From contig JAZDMQ010000009.1 in the NCBI GenBank assembly GCA_043800755.1, forward strand, positions 1-23,189: DNA of 23,189 nt. Reading direction: 5' to 3'. Under the pieces are notes generated by a model. The model ran no database searches. It was given only the letters and a program-made list of their open reading frames with translations, and was not told the DNA's origin. Shown here piece by piece: positions 18,484 through 23,189 of the stretch (its first letter is position 1; every line of letters starts with the position of its first letter). The position numbers were made by a program, and so were the translations under genes. This DNA is from a bacterium (GTDB taxonomy: Bacteria > Methylomirabilota > Methylomirabilia > CAVQYV01).

Positions 18484-19752
18484 ATGATTAAAGGTATCGC
18501 CGGAGTCCCGGATATCCTTCCCTCGGAAATCAAGAGGTGGCAATATTTGGAGGCCAGAGCCCGGCAGACCTTGGAGCACTACGGATTTTCCGAGATCAGG
18601 ACCCCGATCTTTGAGAGGACCGAGCTGTTTGTACGGGGTATTGGACAGGATACGGATATCGTGGAAAAGGAGATGTATACCTTCTTGGACCCACGGCAGG
18701 AAAGCATAACCCTCCGCCCTGAAGGGACTGCGCCCATCATGAGGGCCTTTCTGCAACACAAGATGTACAATAGAGGGACATTGGTCAAGGTCTATTATAT
18801 GGGTCCGATGTTCCGCCATGAAAGGCCCCAAGCAGGGCGATTCCGGCAGTTTCATCAGATTGGGGCGGAGGCGATCGGATTAGAGAATCCTTCGCTCGAT
18901 GCCGAGGTGATCGCCCTGATTGATCATCTCTTTTCTGACTTGGGGATTGAGACCATCAAGCTTCATATTAATAGTGTGGGATGTAAGCTATGCCGCCCCG
19001 AATTCAAAAAGCGCTTCACCGTGTATTTGGAGCCCAAGGTCAACAAGCTCTGTCCGGATTGCCAGGGTCGCCTGAAGCGAAATCCCCTGCGCATCCTAGA
19101 CTGCAAGAACGAAGCTTGCCAAGAGGTGATTGCCAAAGCCCCGAAATTGACTACCGTCCTTTGTACCTCCTGCGCGTCCCACTTTCGCCAGGTTCAGGGT
19201 GCCCTTTCCTTTCTCAAGGTGGATTTCGTCATTAACGAGAGACTGATTCGCGGCCTCGACTATTACAACCGGACCGCCTTTGAATTTATTAACCCTGCCC
19301 TCGGCGCCCAAAATGCATTGGCAGGGGGAGGCCGATATGATGGTCTAGCCGAGGAAATCGAGGGGGTCTCCACGCCGGCCATCGGCTTTGCCCTGGGAAT
19401 GGAACGTACTCTGGCATCCCTTCCTCCCGACCCTCCCGATGCCTCTCCCGAACTCGAAGGAACCTTCATCGCCACCCTCGGGGACGAGGCCTTCCGGTCA
19501 GGGATGTTAATCTCGCAGGAACTGCGCAAAAAGGGACAGAAGGCTGCTCTGGATTTTGAGGGCAGAAGCCTCAAAGGCCAGATGAGGTTAGCCAACAAAG
19601 AGAGGTTTCGTTATTGTCTCATCATTGGAGATGAGGAGCTGAAGAAGCGATTTGTCATCCTCAAGGACATGGCCACCGCGGAGCAGTCGGAGGTTCCCAT
19701 TTCCAAGGTGATTGACCGGATTATCTCTCTGACGAAAGAGAAAAAGGCGTAA
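18484..19752 (+). CDS. hisS: Histidine--tRNA ligase
   Basis: KEMYTF, LRPEGTA, FRHERPQAGRFRQFHQ, RGLDYY, GGGRYDGL, GFALGMER. Confidence 0.98.
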   Translation: MIKGIAGVPDILPSEIKRWQYLEARARQTLEHYGFSEIRTPIFERTELFVRGIGQDTDIVEKEMYTFLDPRQESITLRPEGTAPIMRAFLQHKMYNRGTLVKVYYMGPMFRHERPQAGRFRQFHQIGAEAIGLENPSLDAEVIALIDHLFSDLGIETIKLHINSVGCKLCRPEFKKRFTVYLEPKVNKLCPDCQGRLKRNPLRILDCKNEACQEVIAKAPKLTTVLCTSCASHFRQVQGALSFLKVDFVINERLIRGLDYYNRTAFEFINPALGAQNALAGGGRYDGLAEEIEGVSTPAIGFALGMERTLASLPPDPPDASPELEGTFIATLGDEAFRSGMLISQELRKKGQKAALDFEGRSLKGQMRLANKERFRYCLIIGDEELKKRFVILKDMATAEQSEVPISKVIDRIISLTKEKKA

Positions 19753-19753
19753 C

Positions 19754-21526
19754 ATGATGATGAAACGAAGCAAGTATTGTGGGGAGATCTGCTCCTCCGA
19801 CATAGGTCGTGAAGTGTGTGTCATGGGTTGGGTGCAGCGTCGCCGCGATCACGGGGGGCTCATCTTCATCGATTTGCGGGATCGTGCGGGCCTCGCCCAG
19901 ATCCTCTTCGGGGATGATGCTCCTCTCTTGGCCATAGAGGCCGCCAGGAAAATGAGGCCAGAGTACGTCGTCGCGGTGAGAGGGAGGGTCTCTCGGCGCC
20001 CGGAAGGTACCGAAAATCCGCATCTCGACTCGGGAGAAGTCGAGGTCCTGGCGGAAGAGGCGATCATCCTGAATGAAGCCAAGACCCCCGCCTTCCCCAT
20101 CGAAGATCAAATCGATGTTTCCGAAGATCTCCGATTGACCTATCGCTACCTCGATTTGAGAAGGCCTTCCCTACAAAAGAATCTCCTCCTGCGGCATCGC
20201 GTTTACCAGATCATAAGGCGCTTCCTCGACGCAGAAGGTTTTATCGAGGTCGAGACCCCGATTCTAACTAAGAGCACTCCGGAAGGGGCCCGCGATTACC
20301 TGGTTCCCAGCCGGGTCTACCACGGTCACTTCTTCGCCCTTCCCCAGTCTCCCCAGCTCTTCAAGCAACTGCTGATGGTTTCGGGATTCGATCGGTATTT
20401 TCAGATTGTAAAGTGTTTCCGGGATGAGGATTTGCGGGCGGACCGCCAGCCGGAATTCACCCAGATCGATATTGAGATGTCCTTCATAGACCGAGAAGAG
20501 ATCCTCCCAATCATGGAGAACTTGGTTTGCGAGATCTTTCGCTCGGCGAAGGGCATCCAACTGTCGACTCCCTTTCCGCGCCTCAGCTACGGTGAGGCCA
20601 TTGGGAAATATGGACTTGATTGCCCGGACACCAGGTTCAGCCTTCACCTCCATGACCTCACCGGGGTGGCTAAGGGGATTGACTTCAAGTGGGTATCGGA
20701 GGTCCTCTCGACTCAAGGCAAGGTGTTGGGAATGAGACTCCCTGGCGAGGGTTCCTTTTCCCGCAAGCAGATCGAGGAGTTGAACGAGCAAGTCAAGGTC
20801 TTCGGCGCGAAGGGCCTGATGTGGTTTAAGGTGGAAGCAGGTGCCCTTCAGTCCTCCTATGCCAAATATCTCACCTCGGGGGCAGCGGCGGCGATCAGAG
20901 AGCAATTGGAGGCCCAGGAAGGGGATTTACTACTCCTGGTAGCGGAACGGGACAAGGTTGCTTATGAGTCGATGGGAAGATTAAGGGTCCGATTGGGCCA
21001 GCAACTGGGGCTCGCAAAGGAAGGAGCGTTGAACCCGGTCTGGATACTCGATTTTCCCCTGCTGGAGTATGACGAGAAGGAGGGTCGTTTTCAAGCCATG
21101 CACCATCCCTTCACTGCTCCGTTGGACGAAGACATTGCCCTCTTCGAAGCCGCGCCAGGAAAGATCAGAGCCAAGGCATACGATCTGGTCCTCAATGGTC
21201 AAGAGGTCGGCGGCGGAAGCATCCGGATTCATCACCGGGAGATCCAGAAAAAGATGTTCCAGATCCTGGGGATTGGTGAGGAGGAGGCCCAACTGAAATT
21301 TGGATTCCTCCTGGAGGCCCTTGAATATGGGGCGCCCCCTCATGGCGGGATTGCCTTCGGACTGGATCGTCTGATGATGATTTTATCTGGAGCCAAGTCG
21401 ATCCGAGAGGTGATGGCCTTTCCCAAAACCCAGCGGACGCAGTGCCTTATGACCAAAGCCCCTTCCCCGGTCGATGCTGCCCAGCTGAAGGAGTTGGGAC
21501 TTCAATTGCAGTCGAGCACAGAGTAA
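19754..21526 (+). CDS. aspS: Aspartate--tRNA ligase, probably non-discriminating (Asp/Asn)
   Basis: GWVQRRRDHGGLIFIDLRD, EGARDYLVPSR, ALPQSPQLFKQ, FRDEDLRADRQPEFTQ, HHPFT, GAPPHGG. Confidence 0.98.
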   Translation: MMMKRSKYCGEICSSDIGREVCVMGWVQRRRDHGGLIFIDLRDRAGLAQILFGDDAPLLAIEAARKMRPEYVVAVRGRVSRRPEGTENPHLDSGEVEVLAEEAIILNEAKTPAFPIEDQIDVSEDLRLTYRYLDLRRPSLQKNLLLRHRVYQIIRRFLDAEGFIEVETPILTKSTPEGARDYLVPSRVYHGHFFALPQSPQLFKQLLMVSGFDRYFQIVKCFRDEDLRADRQPEFTQIDIEMSFIDREEILPIMENLVCEIFRSAKGIQLSTPFPRLSYGEAIGKYGLDCPDTRFSLHLHDLTGVAKGIDFKWVSEVLSTQGKVLGMRLPGEGSFSRKQIEELNEQVKVFGAKGLMWFKVEAGALQSSYAKYLTSGAAAAIREQLEAQEGDLLLLVAERDKVAYESMGRLRVRLGQQLGLAKEGALNPVWILDFPLLEYDEKEGRFQAMHHPFTAPLDEDIALFEAAPGKIRAKAYDLVLNGQEVGGGSIRIHHREIQKKMFQILGIGEEEAQLKFGFLLEALEYGAPPHGGIAFGLDRLMMILSGAKSIREVMAFPKTQRTQCLMTKAPSPVDAAQLKELGLQLQSSTE

Positions 21527-21802
21527 GCGAAGCGGGTTGCAGGTGCAGACCGGGACTGTGCAGTCATTGGATCCAAGGCCTTTCCAGGTTACTCTTCCCC
21601 ACTGACCTCAGACCAAGCGGGGGATTCCCACCTCATTTCCCGCCTTCCCCAGGGATGATGTAATTTCGTAGACTCCTTGGGAAGTTGAGACTCAAAGGTC
21701 CGTTTCAGCAGAAGGTATCAGGCTCCAAAGTACCGTCCAGACCGTTTCTCTGCGCAGCTTGAAGCCCAAGGAAAAAATTGGGATGTGATCTCCCCTTTTT
21801 CG

Positions 21803-21831
21803 TTGACAAAGGGGCTTGGTCGTTCTATTTA
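21803..21831 (+). promoter_or_regulatory. Putative sigma70 promoter for the repeat lipoprotein
   Basis: TTGACA (21803-21808), 17 nt, TATTTA (21826-21831); strong RBS AGGAGGTG at 21859-21866. Confidence 0.6.
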
Positions 21832-21871
21832 TTAGGTGTCACTCAAATTCATGCAGAAAGGAGGTGAATAC

Positions 21872-23189
21872 ATGTCAGGCAGATACGTCACGACAACGGC
21901 ACTGATAGCGGTGTTCGCTTTATTTTCGACCTTCATGTTTTTTGGCTGCGCCATGGCCCCCACTAAAGAGCTTGGAGATGCAAAGGCGGCCATCGAGGCG
22001 GCAAAGGCGGCGGACGCGGGGAAGTATGCGGCTGGCGAGATTAAGAATGCTGAAACTGCCCTAACTGAGGCCATGGGGTCGATGGAGAAAAAGAAATACG
22101 AGGATGCAAAGAGCCTGGCGCTCTCCGCGAAGGGCCACGCGACCTCTGCCAAGGCGAAGGCGGAAATGGAGAAGGCATCGGCAAAGGCAAAGGCAGAGAT
22201 GGCCATTGGCAAGGCGGATGAGGCCGCCCAAAAAGCTGAGGGCGAGGGAGGAAAGGTCTTCGCGGACAAGGAGTTCTCCAGCGCTAAGGATATCCTCTCC
22301 CAGGCGAAGGCGGCCTTTGGCTCGGGCAATTATGAAGAAGCCAAAGATATAGCGGTTCTGGCCGAGAAGCAATTTACTGCCGCAGGCGAAATAGCGAAGA
22401 AGACGGCACAGGCCAAGATCGCGGCCGATCGCACCATTGCAGATGCCGAGGAGGCAGCCAAAGAGGCAGAAATGGCCGGAGCGAAGGTTGCTGCGGAGTC
22501 GGAGTTTGCCTCTGCCCATGAGTTGTTGGAGGAGGCCAAGGCGAGCTACCTCAATAGGAACTACGAAGAGGCCAGGGAGCAAGCAGTCTCCGCCAAAGAA
22601 GGATTCGTCCTTGCCTTCGATGCCGCGAGCCGGCGGGCAGCAGAAAAACAAGACCGAGAGAGAACAGAGAAGCTAAGGAAAGAAGCCGAGGTGGCTATTG
22701 CGGACGCCGAGCAGGCAGCGGCTGAGGCGGATTCGGTTGGAGCCAGCACCCACGCTGCACAGCCCTACCAGAATGCCCAGGGCCAGTTGAATTCGGCCAA
22801 GGATGCCTTCTCGCGTGAACAATATGAGGAGGCGAAGAAATCGGCACTCCTTGCCCAGTCCTCCTTTATTGACGCGGCCAAGGCAGCTCCTTTATTGGCT
22901 GCAGAGGCAGCGGCGAGGGAAGAAGCTACGCAGATTCGGGAGGAAGCGGTCAGGGTCGAGACGAGCCTAAGGGCTGAGACAGAGGCTTCGAAAGCTGAAG
23001 CGGATGCTTCCCGCGCTGAAACGGAACAGGCTAAGGCTGACGCTGAGTCTGCCCAGGCCGAAGCTGAACAAGCCAAGGCAGCCTATGCGGCTGCTCAGGA
23101 TGAGATCGCTCGACTCCAGGCCCAAGCCCCTGCTGCGGGAGTACCCACCGCTGAGGTAGAGGCCCTGAAGGCCGAAGCCGAACAAGCCA
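21872..23189 (+). CDS. Ala-rich lipoprotein with four tandem DUF4398-like helical repeats and a coiled-coil region, 3'-truncated by the window edge
   Basis: Translated by hand; absent from the track because there is no stop in the window. MSGRYVTTTALIAVFALFSTFMFFGC signal/lipobox (Cys26), then APTKELGDAKAAIEAAKAADAGKYA...; open for at least 439 codons. Confidence 0.85.
   Translation, partial: MSGRYVTTTALIAVFALFSTFMFFGCAMAPTKELGDAKAAIEAAKAADAGKYAAGEIKNAETALTEAMGSMEKKKYEDAKSLALSAKGHATSAKAKAEMEKASAKAKAEMAIGKADEAAQKAEGEGGKVFADKEFSSAKDILSQAKAAFGSGNYEEAKDIAVLAEKQFTAAGEIAKKTAQAKIAADRTIADAEEAAKEAEMAGAKVAAESEFASAHELLEEAKASYLNRNYEEAREQAVSAKEGFVLAFDAASRRAAEKQDRERTEKLRKEAEVAIADAEQAAAEADSVGASTHAAQPYQNAQGQLNSAKDAFSREQYEEAKKSALLAQSSFIDAAKAAPLLAAEAAAREEATQIREEAVRVETSLRAETEASKAEADASRAETEQAKADAESAQAEAEQAKAAYAAAQDEIARLQAQAPAAGVPTAEVEALKAEAEQA

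Noticed and set aside
21527..21800. Possible ncRNA, tRNA or gene remnant between aspS and the lipoprotein
   Set aside because: No cloverleaf, recognisable RNA motif or convincing ORF found by eye.
21832..23185. Track ORFs on the minus strand and alternative frames over the lipoprotein
   Set aside because: Shadows of the Ala-rich + strand gene, which has the RBS, lipobox and repeat structure.

Overview
GC-rich bacterial chromosomal segment of mostly housekeeping and metabolic genes; the taxon cannot be fixed from sequence alone. The + strand opens with a 5'-truncated QueG/reductive-dehalogenase-like Fe-S protein and an SDR. A tightly packed minus-strand run follows: bactofilin-iscS(nifS)-iscU(nifU)-mnmA-atpI-like-atpF-atpH-atpA-atpG-atpD-atpC, an ATP synthase cluster lacking atpB and atpE. 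A divergent + strand block encodes a SAF-domain NAD(P) oxidoreductase, a Zn-dependent polyol dehydrogenase, a cysteine synthase, a NUDIX hydrolase, a D-2-hydroxyacid dehydrogenase and a broken YdcF/DUF218 gene. Then come a probably PPi-dependent phosphofructokinase (-), moaB, hisS, a non-discriminating-type aspS, and a 3'-truncated lipoprotein with four tandem DUF4398-like repeats that the ORF track missed. The most notable non-coding signals are a 100-bp IS200/IS605-like palindromic mini-element (13110-13209) and a strand-specific multi-stem RNA structure joined to an intrinsic terminator upstream of the NUDIX gene (14188-14329), a candidate undescribed riboswitch/attenuator. No tRNA, rRNA, CRISPR array, transposase or phage gene was seen.
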